Assembly (NCBI GenBank): GCA_965644315.1
Contig: CBFFRQ010000013.1
Location: forward strand, 496,001-560,000
Direction: 5' to 3'
Origin: Caecitellus pseudoparvulus
Taxonomy: Eukaryota > Protista > Bigyra: Bicosoecida
Length of the DNA: 64,000 nt
The position numbers were made by a program, and so were the translations under genes. The notes beneath the pieces are model-generated. The model had not been told where the DNA came from and made no database searches. It saw nothing but the letters and a program-made list of their open reading frames with translations. Every line of letters starts with the position of its first letter. Positions within the stretch are counted from its first letter, which is position 1. Shown piece after piece: positions 51,301-60,763 of this stretch.

Positions 51301-54300
51301 GGTGAAGCTCGCGACGCCTACGTTCGGCTTGCAGCCACGGTTGGAGGAGAGGACGTGCATCCTTTGGTTCTTGTCGCCCGAGAACCGCTGCACATTCTGT
51401 GGCAAGCTGTCGCAGTGCACTGTGCCTCTGGAGCTGCTATCTTGCCGGCCATTGCTCGAGTGGGATTGTCCCACACCTCGCTGACGGTTCCATCCTTTGC
51501 CATGGCGGGTGCTGGCTCCTGCAACGCGGCTCGTGAAGAGCTAGCGACTCTGGCGGCCGCTGCACGGCAGGCAGCAGTAGGCGCTGGGTACTCCAGCGTG
51601 GATGACGCGCTGCAAGGCATGCTGGGTGATGTCTTGCCTGATGCACTCTTGACGGGTCTCTTTGACAGCAGCGCGACAGTGTCTGTCAAGTCTGTCTTGC
51701 CTCTCGCCAGCGTTGTGCCAGCGCTGTCGCCGCAGCCTGCTGACACTGATGGCGACGTGCACTTACACGATCTGGAAGGCAGAGCAACGGCATCAGTCCT
51801 TGCCCAGCCATGCACTGGTGTCGATGCTGTCGTAACAGCCCACCTTCCCGGGTCCGCAGCAGTACACTACAATCGCTGGCTGCAAGGGAGTGCAGCTGTT
51901 GCCGTCGATGCAGCAGCCGATGGTTCAGACATGTCAGGAACCCCTCAGCATGTGCAGAGCCTCTCGTTGAACGCTGCTGGCGTACTGGCATGTGCGACAG
52001 CCGCGGCAGCGCACCGACAGGCCTGCTCCCTGGCAGAGGCTGCCTTCGGCGCTGCATTGATGCACTCCGGGCACTGGGTGTGGGGCTCTGCTGACCCGAG
52101 CTTGGCGCCTTTAGAGCAAGATCACCCACTGCGCACTGTGAGCATCCGAGCGCACTTGCCTCCAAGGGCTGGAGGCCCTGACGCTTCTGGGCTTTTGGCA
52201 ACGTGTGCGAGCTCTGCGCTGACCCTTGCGGCAACCCCCGCGCGGGGCTTGCTGGCCGCCGCTGGCGTCGCTGCCTCGGTTACTGTCTGGCACGACGCTG
52301 GACAGCAGGCAGACATGCCAAGCGCTGCTCATGTTGGGTCAGATCTGCGAGATGTGCTGTCGTCTCTGTACTGCGGGGATGCCGCGAGCACGACATGGCG
52401 AGCCTTGGAGGCTGCGGAAAGCCCTACTCAGCTTCATTGGCTGCTGCCTGCGCTGGGCAGGGCAGCGCCGCTGATGGCTCTCAGCACTCTGGGCCAGCAG
52501 AGCACCACGTTTCACTCAGCGTACGATATTGGCGGAACTGTACAGGATTCAGATGCGTTAGTCGCATTAATGGGGCACACGGCAGCATGCGCGCCGGGTG
52601 CGCCGGCCCCCATCCTTCGCTCAGCCTCGCTGGCATATGCCGCCACCTCAGACGCCCAGAACGCGCCCAGCACCGCATCATCCTCCAGCAGGTTTGGACC
52701 TGTCGGACTGGGCCCCCTCGTACAAGCTTTCCTTGGCAGCCACTCCCTGCTTGTCGGGGGCGGGGGAGTCGGTGGAGGGCAAGTTCTGGATGCAGCCTCG
52801 CTGCTCAGTGCGGCACTCGGGTGCCCTCGCCACCCTGTGGGACTTCAGTTGTTGTCACTGACCCCCACTGCAAGCAGCGGGGGTGGCATCGTGGCTTCCT
52901 CTCGAGGCAGCTCGTCACTCCTCACGCCGACACACGAAGCAAGCACATCCGATGAACACGGTATGCCGCTGCAGCGACACATCTCCATTGGCAGCAGTGG
53001 AGCTGTGCATCTGCGTGTCGCTGGGCGAAGTCTTGTGCTGCCGCCCTCAGCCGCTGAGGCCGTGGTGGTGTCTGATGTGGACATGCAGAGCGCAGGGGTG
53101 AGCGACTCGCGACAGTTTTCCACCAGCTTAGTCGACGGCACGGCGGGAGTGGGAAGGGGTGCATCTCCACTCTGGGCAGCTGGTGCCTGCCAAGGCGGGC
53201 TTCGGTGGGGCACTGATGCAGGCCTGGATCCAATGTGCTTGTCAGCCGTTCCTACAGATGCCGTTCCGTACATGGTTGGCGTTCGCAGCGACGTGTGGCA
53301 AACCACGGCCCTGGCAGCTACGCAGCAACTGCGACGTGGTACTCGAATGTGGCAGCCCCATGCGACTCCCGGCATTCCACAAGACCGAGTCGAGCCTAGT
53401 TCGCGGGCTTGGCAACAGGCTGCGGAGTGCTTCTCGTCTGCTGTCCCGCCGACTGCAATTATGGCTGAAGGCTCCAGCGTCCTGGAGACGCTTCTGCTGT
53501 GTGGCCAGGCTGCTCTTGGAGCTGCAGCTGCAGCCACAGAGCTCGCTGCTTCACAAGCTTCAGAGGGCAGTGCCTTGGCTGACCTGATTATCGGAGAAGA
53601 CGCTCCTTCTGCCGCCCACGCGGCAGACTCACTGCAGGGGCAAGGGCATGCGATTCACACGGAGCGGGGGCGCATTCTGCAAGACCCCCTTGCGCCAGCA
53701 GCGTCGCATCGGCTCGTCCACGCGGCCATGGCAGTCTGGGCACCGCCTCTCGCTTGTGCTGACGTTGAAGTTGAGCGCGTGCAGGCCCAGCAGCCGTCAG
53801 ATCTGGTTGAGGAGCCTGGTTTGAGTGACCTGGATCACTCACCATTGCCAACATTGCCTGTCTTGTCTATGGCGGCATCGACGCCGTTGATGCACGCCCT
53901 GGCTTCCCTGCGCCAGTACCCTGGTCTGTGGACTCTTGGGGGAAGCCTGGCAGCCGGCACGCCCAACGCACCTGTGCCAGCAGTTTCTGGGGGCGCTAGG
54001 CAGGAGGCGTCCTTGCTTGCAGTGCACTTGCTGCGAGACACAGGCCGCCACTGCATGCTTGCTTCTAGCATGGCTGCCGGTGCAATCGCAGATGCCTTAG
54101 CTTCCCATGGTTCAACCAAGGCAGCGTCCGCTGTCGTGCACGCGGTGTCTTCTGCACTTTTGGGAGGGGCACTTCCCAACACTGTGGCACTGGACAAGAG
54201 CCAAGCGGCTGTTCGCAGCGGCGCTCACGCCAGCAGTGTCGCGTTTTCACCCCTGCAGCTTGCTCTTGGGCCCATGTTCACGCCGCCAGATGATTTGCAT

Positions 54301-57300
54301 GACGTACCAGAAACTGTCACGGCCATTAGCCTGGCTGCCGGGGCGTCAGCGAGTGCTCAGCGCCTGGAGAGCCCAGGGGCTACGCGCAGCGAAACTTTAC
54401 AGGCAAGCGACTTCCTGCACGCATGGCGATCCAGTGTGCAGTCGTCCTTGGAGGGCAGTGCAGAGCTGCTCGCACGCCCTTGTGGGCTGGGTGTGGCGCA
54501 GAGTTCTGCAGCTGCCTCCTCCCCGACGACGGCGGGGGATGCGATTGCAGAGGAGCTGTACCCCTCTGCCCTGGAGCCCGCCATGGCACTGCCACATGCG
54601 TCGCGGTTCGTGGCATTTTCTTGGCGGGTGCGCAGCGCCCAGTTGTTCCATGCTGCGACTTTCTTGCAGGCCCTCAGGCGAGGCTTGGGCCGCGTCTTCG
54701 AAGCGGCACCTGGCCCGCTTCCACGGCGTGGGCTGCTTCGGTCTGCCGACTGCCTGGATCCGCTGACCAACGCTGTAGCCGCCATGCGGTGTGTGTGCAA
54801 CGAGAAAGCTCGCGCGCGTCACTGGGGCTACTTTCTTCGGGACACACCCACGGATGACGCGGAGAGCGGAGCGCCTCAAACTTCTGTGCTTAGTTTCACG
54901 GGGGACGTCCCACCACCACCAACTCTGGGCAGCGGGGGGCGCAGCCACACAGTTGGCCGGCATGGCGCGCCTGCTAGTTTCGTCCCTGGCGTCGACACTT
55001 CTGCCCTTGCCCCCGCCGCGCAAGGCGGCGTGCCTCCGCCGCCCCCTGGCTCTCTCTCTCTGGCGCGCATGGACTCCAGCGCAATGGCTGAGGGGGCTGC
55101 TGCCGATCGTAGACGCCGGGATGTTGAATCTGCAGTGCAAGCGCTGTTGGAAGACCGTGGAACGGTGGGCCGTCTGCGGGTGGCTGAGGGCGGAGCCGTC
55201 GTTGATGATGACGTCGCTGTGCTGGCAGCCGCTACTGCACTGCAGGTGGACCTGGCCGTTGATGCGCAGGATTGGAGCGCGGCAGTGGCGGCGGCCACTT
55301 CGCAACCCCTTCCCTCTGCGGCCGAAGCGACGCTTGCTGTGCTCGCGGGGACGCTGCTGGAAAACCGTCGAGTGCCTGACCTGGTGAACCTGCAGACTGC
55401 CCCGCGAGTTTGGGCTGGAATCTTAGAGAACCTTGCGTGGCGTGCACGCACAGCGCCAGTTCCGCTGAGTGCGAGCGGCGCGCACATGCCTGCGCGCCAA
55501 GGTGCAGTATTTCCAACCGACTCCGACCAGGCGCATGTACCTTTGGACGCGGCCCCGCTGCTCGCAGGTCGCCCTAAACCTGGCTCCCACACGGCCCACG
55601 TGCAAGAGGAAGGGGCCTGTGTGGATGTCAATGCCTACAGCGTGCTGGCTGCTGTAGCAACGGCGCAGGGGCGCTGGGTGGACGCTGCTGGCTGGCAGTA
55701 CGCTTGGGCGTACCGACTGGCAGCTGCCACTCAGTGCATTGCCGAAGATCTGGTAGGAGTGTCCACTGCAACGATGGAGGCTGCCGTGGCACGCCTGGTG
55801 GGCCACTGCCGTGGTGAGGAATCCGCTAGCAGAGACTCAGCCGCGGTCCACACAGCTACGGCAGCTGTGAGCACGATGCTGTCAGCTTTGCATGCCAGGG
55901 CTGGTGCGTTAGACTCGGCAGTGGCTGCGCTGGCCAATGTCCCCACTGAGCATGCGTACTTGCTCACGCTGGACACTGCTGCACGCGGCAGTGTTGAGTC
56001 AGGTGAGTTGCCGTCAGCTGTGCAGGTTATCACCGCACAAGATGTCGCCCTTGAGGCAGCCTTCGTCAGGGGCCAGTGCACTCTGCTGCAGACAGCCTTG
56101 CAAGCAGAAGCAGCAGCACACCCCACACAAAGCGAGGCCCAACGCGCGGCGCTGGTCGCGACTGGCGTGCTGGACTTGTTGCCTGGCACCACTCTGTCCG
56201 ACGCGGTTGCATGGGGGCCATTGGTCGCATCTCCGCCGGCACGGGCTGCCCTCTGTGCCATCGTCGCGATCACGTCTCGGCTGTGGCTTCCAGCTGCTCT
56301 GCGCCAGCGTGGAGTCGTGTGGATGGACCCTGAGCAGGTGTGGAGTGGGGCGGGTGGTCCAGCAGACCTGCGCGGATTGACTCACTTGGCTGGCCCCGAC
56401 GGCGTGCCTGCGGCATCTGACCTTGCCTCAGCCTTGGTGCGTGAGGCGCTTCGCATGGCTGCGGGACTTGCCCCTTGTTTGCCCTGCTGGGGAGCGGGGC
56501 AGTCCCCGATGCCTATCGGCATGCCAATTGCGCCTGTGCAGCTCGCGCTGTGCGAGATCGGGGCGTACGAGAGTGCTGCTTTCATGTCCTACATGGCGCA
56601 ACGGCACCACCAGCCCCTGGCAGTTTCCAGGCTACGCACAACAGCTGCAGCGCGTCCACCGCCTCTCAGCTTGCCCATCGGTGAGGTCCTGGCGCACGGC
56701 TCGCGGGCTGCAGCCATGCTGGGCCCCGCTGACCACACCCTCTCCCCAGCAGCGCCCACGCGAAGCTTGGCATGCGATAGGAAGACAGCCCTTGAGGGAC
56801 GGCTGGCATTTTGTGCTTTACGCTGGGATGGTGCCCCCAACGGTTGGAAGGGAACGCTGATGGCGCTCGAAGACTCCCTCATGGACGCAGCAGGCAACCC
56901 TGCGCACCCTGCAGAGTGGGCGCTGGACCTCGCAGTGTGGGGCACTACCCCAGCCCCCGCAAGCTTCAGTGCCCAGGTCCAAGCTGCTGTTGACTGCGGT
57001 GGGCGGTGGGCGTGTGGCAATCCCCTTGGAGCCTTGCGCGTCCTCTGGGCAGCTGGCCGCGCCGATGCGAGTGCACGTGTCGCGTTGTCTGTCGTCCCTG
57101 AGCCAGCCCAGGCCTCTCAGCAGCCCTTAGCATTAACCCACGCGGTGCCACAAGGCACTCAAGCAGGTAGTCCTACCGACCTGCTCTGCTGCACTGACAC
57201 GCTTCCGCCTCTGGAGTGGCTTTCCCAAGTGGCGGTGGGGCTTGTTGGTGTGCCTGGAGAAGCATCCGCTCTGGGCAGGCAGCTGCAAGGCAGGCTTCAG

Positions 57301-57645
57301 CACGCTCAAGCCGCATTGGTGCCCGCCTTGGAGGCCCAGCGACGAGCCAAAGCTACCGAAGCGAGGCACGCTTTGGCCCGTGCGACAGCAGAGCGGGAAG
57401 GCGCTGCTGCCACAATCGCGGCCTCCCACATGGGTGCCTCGGCAGAAGCGACGAGGCAGAGCGCTCGCAGCGCCGCAGATGCTGCTGCCGTCCAAGCCAC
57501 GCTGAACTCAGTGAAAGACCTGGCGCCAGGGTGGAAGGAGCTGGTGGATGACTTGCACGGGGGCCTGCAGCCAGAGGTGGACAGCGTGTCCCTGGCCATC
57601 GCTCAAGCTTTGCAGGAGGACACCGTGCTGCCTGTGGGCTTTTGA
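48376..57645 (+). CDS. NUP160: Nup160/Nup120-like nucleoporin, greatly expanded (~3,090 aa)
   Basis: N-terminal propeller motif SVHRLEWPHPTRM (cf. metazoan Nup160 TVHRLLLPHPSRM) and G.LRLWDL. C-terminal solenoid motifs L.WRART and YSVLAA.....GRW.DAA..QY..A.RL (cf. YELLYAFH..R.NYRKA..MFE..MRL). First ATG is 48376; hidden in-frame introns are possible. Confidence 0.7.
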   Translation: MPWTFARGHAPLHGVQDFVAVSCPDEEALSDAKGAHAQAALCLLLRVPQHAPLAQTAYTMPAQTKGLALTSCLQHRLRPLLGGSWEMCCTLLQTVTRTTSQQAVWHWFSQVRILHRWRGQIPHVTAPPHVDSASAGAILRDSVRIEEVPPSAGGDWALVVGAVTYRGSVHRLEWPHPTRMQDKAWQAAEAETANGIAAVATAAAAAAVVPARAVGPFTRKEPAAGRLLHPCCGVVAEQTVPVVGATRSAVLCASWRSHSQLVVGLESGALVNINLDVPGAPSPSQDILQPTTFVASLLTSFLGEAAGGGTRDPCLAVQVTPSVALAVHQSGTLRLWDLVAGSVHCEDSLLQGAQGGTSGQVFDARLWKLPTLQQVEDVAMSTVLQVAWTDTAWSAAYTLHATPAPAGWTLRADTLGGFNLPHTGIYDVCMLQGCRVLVAGGAVFVMDGTATLAVHQPGGNLFTGVSAAETAYEDGAELASTAALAGAAASAIVREAATQLGGEVLAADVTAEDVRAAHLPWLGWTAGIPCPPELLSHAVLPPSPTTAPSVFHGQPTVSSSPKLQRVLAAAPSLAQALVGVELALGDPEAIQAVPWELPLPSRWSHNAMTQCKSQLVAAADTLDSAMLARLALGAPAAAQGMAGRSGILSLAPPLASGAARYSDVTLLGAACMLCTAFSLPSPRVELELPESVIAALRHTGSRSEVLKATSVVAEASLRAAQALLRDDGDWDGEECVQVVTVDLASLLLQDETPPLARGAGQPPTRLPQPLMAGAFHPALPHVLDVFFPADITRGLLAAVHGVAAALYVERVTPEAVQDSGHASPLVVAASVVVETRAQAWALALEALETAAGVWERPLACSASGRLLACTSTTHALSEEDQADPRPQSVALLARSLPLAHTAVLRAAIPAPAPASRVIPALAKGWEAATMSATAVLPEHNLADHDRRRPDLLQRGTSARALGAMLAAGAVSLAASGEARDAYVRLAATVGGEDVHPLVLVAREPLHILWQAVAVHCASGAAILPAIARVGLSHTSLTVPSFAMAGAGSCNAAREELATLAAAARQAAVGAGYSSVDDALQGMLGDVLPDALLTGLFDSSATVSVKSVLPLASVVPALSPQPADTDGDVHLHDLEGRATASVLAQPCTGVDAVVTAHLPGSAAVHYNRWLQGSAAVAVDAAADGSDMSGTPQHVQSLSLNAAGVLACATAAAAHRQACSLAEAAFGAALMHSGHWVWGSADPSLAPLEQDHPLRTVSIRAHLPPRAGGPDASGLLATCASSALTLAATPARGLLAAAGVAASVTVWHDAGQQADMPSAAHVGSDLRDVLSSLYCGDAASTTWRALEAAESPTQLHWLLPALGRAAPLMALSTLGQQSTTFHSAYDIGGTVQDSDALVALMGHTAACAPGAPAPILRSASLAYAATSDAQNAPSTASSSSRFGPVGLGPLVQAFLGSHSLLVGGGGVGGGQVLDAASLLSAALGCPRHPVGLQLLSLTPTASSGGGIVASSRGSSSLLTPTHEASTSDEHGMPLQRHISIGSSGAVHLRVAGRSLVLPPSAAEAVVVSDVDMQSAGVSDSRQFSTSLVDGTAGVGRGASPLWAAGACQGGLRWGTDAGLDPMCLSAVPTDAVPYMVGVRSDVWQTTALAATQQLRRGTRMWQPHATPGIPQDRVEPSSRAWQQAAECFSSAVPPTAIMAEGSSVLETLLLCGQAALGAAAAATELAASQASEGSALADLIIGEDAPSAAHAADSLQGQGHAIHTERGRILQDPLAPAASHRLVHAAMAVWAPPLACADVEVERVQAQQPSDLVEEPGLSDLDHSPLPTLPVLSMAASTPLMHALASLRQYPGLWTLGGSLAAGTPNAPVPAVSGGARQEASLLAVHLLRDTGRHCMLASSMAAGAIADALASHGSTKAASAVVHAVSSALLGGALPNTVALDKSQAAVRSGAHASSVAFSPLQLALGPMFTPPDDLHDVPETVTAISLAAGASASAQRLESPGATRSETLQASDFLHAWRSSVQSSLEGSAELLARPCGLGVAQSSAAASSPTTAGDAIAEELYPSALEPAMALPHASRFVAFSWRVRSAQLFHAATFLQALRRGLGRVFEAAPGPLPRRGLLRSADCLDPLTNAVAAMRCVCNEKARARHWGYFLRDTPTDDAESGAPQTSVLSFTGDVPPPPTLGSGGRSHTVGRHGAPASFVPGVDTSALAPAAQGGVPPPPPGSLSLARMDSSAMAEGAAADRRRRDVESAVQALLEDRGTVGRLRVAEGGAVVDDDVAVLAAATALQVDLAVDAQDWSAAVAAATSQPLPSAAEATLAVLAGTLLENRRVPDLVNLQTAPRVWAGILENLAWRARTAPVPLSASGAHMPARQGAVFPTDSDQAHVPLDAAPLLAGRPKPGSHTAHVQEEGACVDVNAYSVLAAVATAQGRWVDAAGWQYAWAYRLAAATQCIAEDLVGVSTATMEAAVARLVGHCRGEESASRDSAAVHTATAAVSTMLSALHARAGALDSAVAALANVPTEHAYLLTLDTAARGSVESGELPSAVQVITAQDVALEAAFVRGQCTLLQTALQAEAAAHPTQSEAQRAALVATGVLDLLPGTTLSDAVAWGPLVASPPARAALCAIVAITSRLWLPAALRQRGVVWMDPEQVWSGAGGPADLRGLTHLAGPDGVPAASDLASALVREALRMAAGLAPCLPCWGAGQSPMPIGMPIAPVQLALCEIGAYESAAFMSYMAQRHHQPLAVSRLRTTAAARPPPLSLPIGEVLAHGSRAAAMLGPADHTLSPAAPTRSLACDRKTALEGRLAFCALRWDGAPNGWKGTLMALEDSLMDAAGNPAHPAEWALDLAVWGTTPAPASFSAQVQAAVDCGGRWACGNPLGALRVLWAAGRADASARVALSVVPEPAQASQQPLALTHAVPQGTQAGSPTDLLCCTDTLPPLEWLSQVAVGLVGVPGEASALGRQLQGRLQHAQAALVPALEAQRRAKATEARHALARATAEREGAAATIAASHMGASAEATRQSARSAADAAAVQATLNSVKDLAPGWKELVDDLHGGLQPEVDSVSLAIAQALQEDTVLPVGF

Positions 57646-57717
57646 TGAGCACGGACAATGCATTCTATCACGAGCCGAACTTGAATGCAGCACAGGTGCG
57701 CGTGAGCGTGCACCGCC

Positions 57718-60096
57718 TCAGCCGAAGTTGATGAGGGACACCCGCCGGCCGCCGCCAGGTGGAGATGGAGAAAGGACACCGCCTGCCGTGCTGGCGGCCG
57801 AGGCACCACTCGCCAGCACGGCTGCAGCCGCTCGTTGCAGCGCAGAACGTGCTTTCGAAGTGCTGGCAGTGAGTGTTGGCCTGCGGGGGCGCCGCGCCCC
57901 AGCAGAAAATACCTTTGCTGCTGCCATGGCAAGGCTGTTGCGCCGGCCGCCCCTCCGCCCCTGTGCTTTGGATGAGAGCAGGCCTGGTCTGGAGCTCGGT
58001 GTTGCCCGCGACACAACCGGCTGTGGTTTGGCGCGTGGCATGGCAGCTCTGGCGCTTGCAGCTCCCCCACCACCCCGAACAACGCCAGCCCCCGCCCGTC
58101 GCACAGACCTGGCGACACGAGTGGAAGGCAAGCGAGCACTCGAAGCTGTACCTCTTGAAGCGGCAGATGTTTTCGCCTTGCTCGCTGCCAGAAGACGCTG
58201 TGCGCGGGCTGCCACACGCCCAGAGCCGTGGGCTCGAGTTGGCAGGGCTTCGAGGGCGCCTGTAGAGAAAGCGCGAAGTATGGGCACCGGAAGCTGTGGG
58301 CCATGGCGTTCTCGATGCAGTACAACTAGGTGGCGGGCAGTCCAATTTGCGCGCCCTGCGATGCCCCTCGCTACACCTGGAATGCCGGCCCCCGCTGCCG
58401 CTCCGTGCTTGCGAACGATGGCCGTGACCACTGCTAGGCAGGCGCTATCATCACTGTGTGCAATGAGGGCGTTTGGCGCAGCGGCCCACAGAGTCGCAAA
58501 GAAGCGCGCACCAGCTTGCCCCAGCGTTTCCGGGGCGGGATCTTGAGCGGCATCCTCCCCGTCAGCCAACCAACGCCCCAGCACGTTCAGTGCGGGCTCC
58601 CCAAGGGCAGGGCGAGGCAGCCTGAGACGGGAGGCCTCCACCACTGTCGCTTCATCTTTGTATGCCAACATGATGTGCAGGCATTGCAAGGTTCGGGCGA
58701 GGGACGTGGGTGTGTGGTTGGCTCCCAGCACAGCAGCGATGCTGACCCCACCGAAAGCCATGCAAGGAGGGCCTTGTGGCTGTGGCAAGGATGCCAGGAA
58801 ATGCAGCATGGGCGTGTTCCCCTTGATGCTCACGACTTGCAATGTGTCCCTAGCAGCCTCGGGGCTGCCCAGCGAGCCGCCAGTGTCCAGCAGCATGGCT
58901 GTGAGTTCCAGGGCGCCTGCTCGCACGGCGGCTCCCACCAACTCGCCACTTGCACCCGCGGTGACATCTGCTCCCATGCCGATGAGGTATTTTGCCATGT
59001 CCACACGGTGCGGTGCGCGGAGATCAGCAGGTGGGTGTGGCCCGCACCCCACACAGAGCATGAGCGGCGTGGCGTTATTACCGTCTTCCGTGTCCACCTC
59101 CGCGCCTGCCTCCACGAGCCAGCGAAGCGCACTGCCATTGCCGCTCTCAGCAGCAACATGCAGGGGGGTCCTGTCCCTGTTGTTGGGTCGATGAGGAGCA
59201 GACTTGGGGAGCAGCGCATGTACGTCTCCCGCTCCATGCTCAGCCAGCCATTGCAGCACAGGAGCACGGCAGGTTGCGGCAGCATAGTGAAAGTGCGTTG
59301 CGCCCTCCTTCGTCTGCAAATTGGCTTCGTCTCCTGCTGTGTGCAGCCATTCGAGGACTGCGATTACCTTTTCGGGGGGGAGAGCAGGCTGGTCGAAGAT
59401 GTGGACGGGGGTGCCAGGCAGGGGTGGGCCACGCAGAACCGCTCGCATGGGGTCCATGCTCCACGCCGTGTACCCTCGGTTGCTTTGCTTGTCCACACGC
59501 GCCCCTGCGTCGACCAGCCACTGCATGACATGCACATGTCCCCATGCTGCTGCCACGTGCAACGTCGGCAAGCCCGTGTCTTCCTCTGGGCCCTCATTCA
59601 AGATGTCTACCCCCTTGGCCTGCAGCCTCGCCAGCAAGTCAACACTGCCGGACATGGCGGCCGGGCCGGCAAGGGACCCGAAGCCCCACACGCGCGCTTC
59701 CAAACTGGCGCCTTCTCCAATCAGCCACCGTACCATGTCAAGGTTCCCGCTTGCCATGGCAGCGGCGATGACGGGCACCTGCAGCTCATCTGTCGGCGGT
59801 GCCGCCACATTCTCACCATTGGCAGCCCACCATTGCAGGGCTGGCAGGTGTCCATGGAAGGCAGCCAGGAGGACCGGCGTTGCCCCTCCTAGATCTTTGG
59901 CCCCTGCGTCGGCTGCTCCTTGCTTTGCAAGCCACTTGAGCACCTCCACATGTCCGGCTGCGCTGGCCCAGTGCGCTGGACCCCGTCGATGCCGATCTAC
60001 TGTGCTGAGGGATTCGCCACTCGACTGCGCGGCCATGGCCACCCGCAAATTGCCAGTCTTGATAGCATGTTCCAGATGTGTCGTGCTATGTGCCAT
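57718..60096 (-). CDS. Ankyrin-repeat protein with a basic low-complexity C-terminal tail
   Basis: Many ANK units between ~58750 and 60080 (PAHWASAAGHVEVLKWL, TPVLLAAFHGH, TLHVAAAWGHVHVMQWLVDAGA, TPLHVAAESGN..ALRWLVEAGA, TPLMLC). Likely ATG is 60096. Confidence 0.9.
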   Translation of the reverse strand: MAHSTTHLEHAIKTGNLRVAMAAQSSGESLSTVDRHRRGPAHWASAAGHVEVLKWLAKQGAADAGAKDLGGATPVLLAAFHGHLPALQWWAANGENVAAPPTDELQVPVIAAAMASGNLDMVRWLIGEGASLEARVWGFGSLAGPAAMSGSVDLLARLQAKGVDILNEGPEEDTGLPTLHVAAAWGHVHVMQWLVDAGARVDKQSNRGYTAWSMDPMRAVLRGPPLPGTPVHIFDQPALPPEKVIAVLEWLHTAGDEANLQTKEGATHFHYAAATCRAPVLQWLAEHGAGDVHALLPKSAPHRPNNRDRTPLHVAAESGNGSALRWLVEAGAEVDTEDGNNATPLMLCVGCGPHPPADLRAPHRVDMAKYLIGMGADVTAGASGELVGAAVRAGALELTAMLLDTGGSLGSPEAARDTLQVVSIKGNTPMLHFLASLPQPQGPPCMAFGGVSIAAVLGANHTPTSLARTLQCLHIMLAYKDEATVVEASRLRLPRPALGEPALNVLGRWLADGEDAAQDPAPETLGQAGARFFATLWAAAPNALIAHSDDSACLAVVTAIVRKHGAAAGAGIPGVARGIAGRANWTARHLVVLHRERHGPQLPVPILRAFSTGALEALPTRAHGSGRVAARAQRLLAASKAKTSAASRGTASSARLPSTRVARSVRRAGAGVVRGGGGAASARAAMPRAKPQPVVSRATPSSRPGLLSSKAQGRRGGRRNSLAMAAAKVFSAGARRPRRPTLTASTSKARSALQRAAAAVLASGASAASTAGGVLSPSPPGGGRRVSLINFG

Positions 60097-60763
60097 GGCT
60101 GCCGCGGTTGCAGCCCCTGCGGGAGTGGGAGGGTGGCAGAGTGTGGCAGCTTGAAACCTCGCATGCGACCTTGCACGCCAGGGAGCGCACCCTCTACAAG
60201 GATTCACGGCGCAAGTACGCTGCAGATTTCTGTCGAGCACTCTCTGATATCTGTTTCCAAGCGGACCTGGGGATAGCGTCGCAGGTACCGCTAGGACAGA
60301 CCAGGAAGGGGTTCGGCTGTTCACCTCCCTTGAGTGTGCTTGCCGGCGCCGAAGCTACGCGGCAAGGTCAGCGCCACGGTGAAGTGCCGGCAGCCCAGCA
60401 GCACACGCCGCATGCACTAATGTGTTAAATTTGGGTCGCCCGTTTGAGGGAGGCAGAGCTTGGCGATTGAAGACTTTTTTGTCACATGCAAATGAGGGGC
60501 CCCAGCATCGCGCCGCCGGGGTTAAATCCTGTCAAAAGGATAGCAGGTCCCCGGCCCCTGGATGTTCTGCAATTTGTGGGGGTGTTCTGGCGGTCAGACA
60601 GGCCACCAGCTGCCACACCGCGACTGGGCTCGCGCCTGCTTCGTAAAGGGAGGCGGCGGTGTTTCACTCCCTTACACGAAACGCCATCGTCAGCTTGGCT
60701 GCGTGGACCTGCCTGTGCCCCGCAGCGGCGCCCCAGGGAACAGCAAGCCGGAAGAAAGATACC
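60097..60763. promoter_or_regulatory. Putative bidirectional promoter (ankyrin gene / kinase)
   Basis: Divergent genes with an AT-rich patch at ~60415-60500. Confidence 0.35.

Noticed and set aside
57548-58546. 332 aa + ORF overlapping the Nup160 stop, considered as readthrough or frameshift extension
   Set aside because: It is a different frame, antisense to the ankyrin tail, low complexity; Nup160 ends in tandem TGA TGA.
58456-59892. 478 aa + strand ORF (and 59321-60154) opposite the ankyrin gene
   Set aside because: Antisense shadow ORF expected in GC-rich coding DNA; no motifs.
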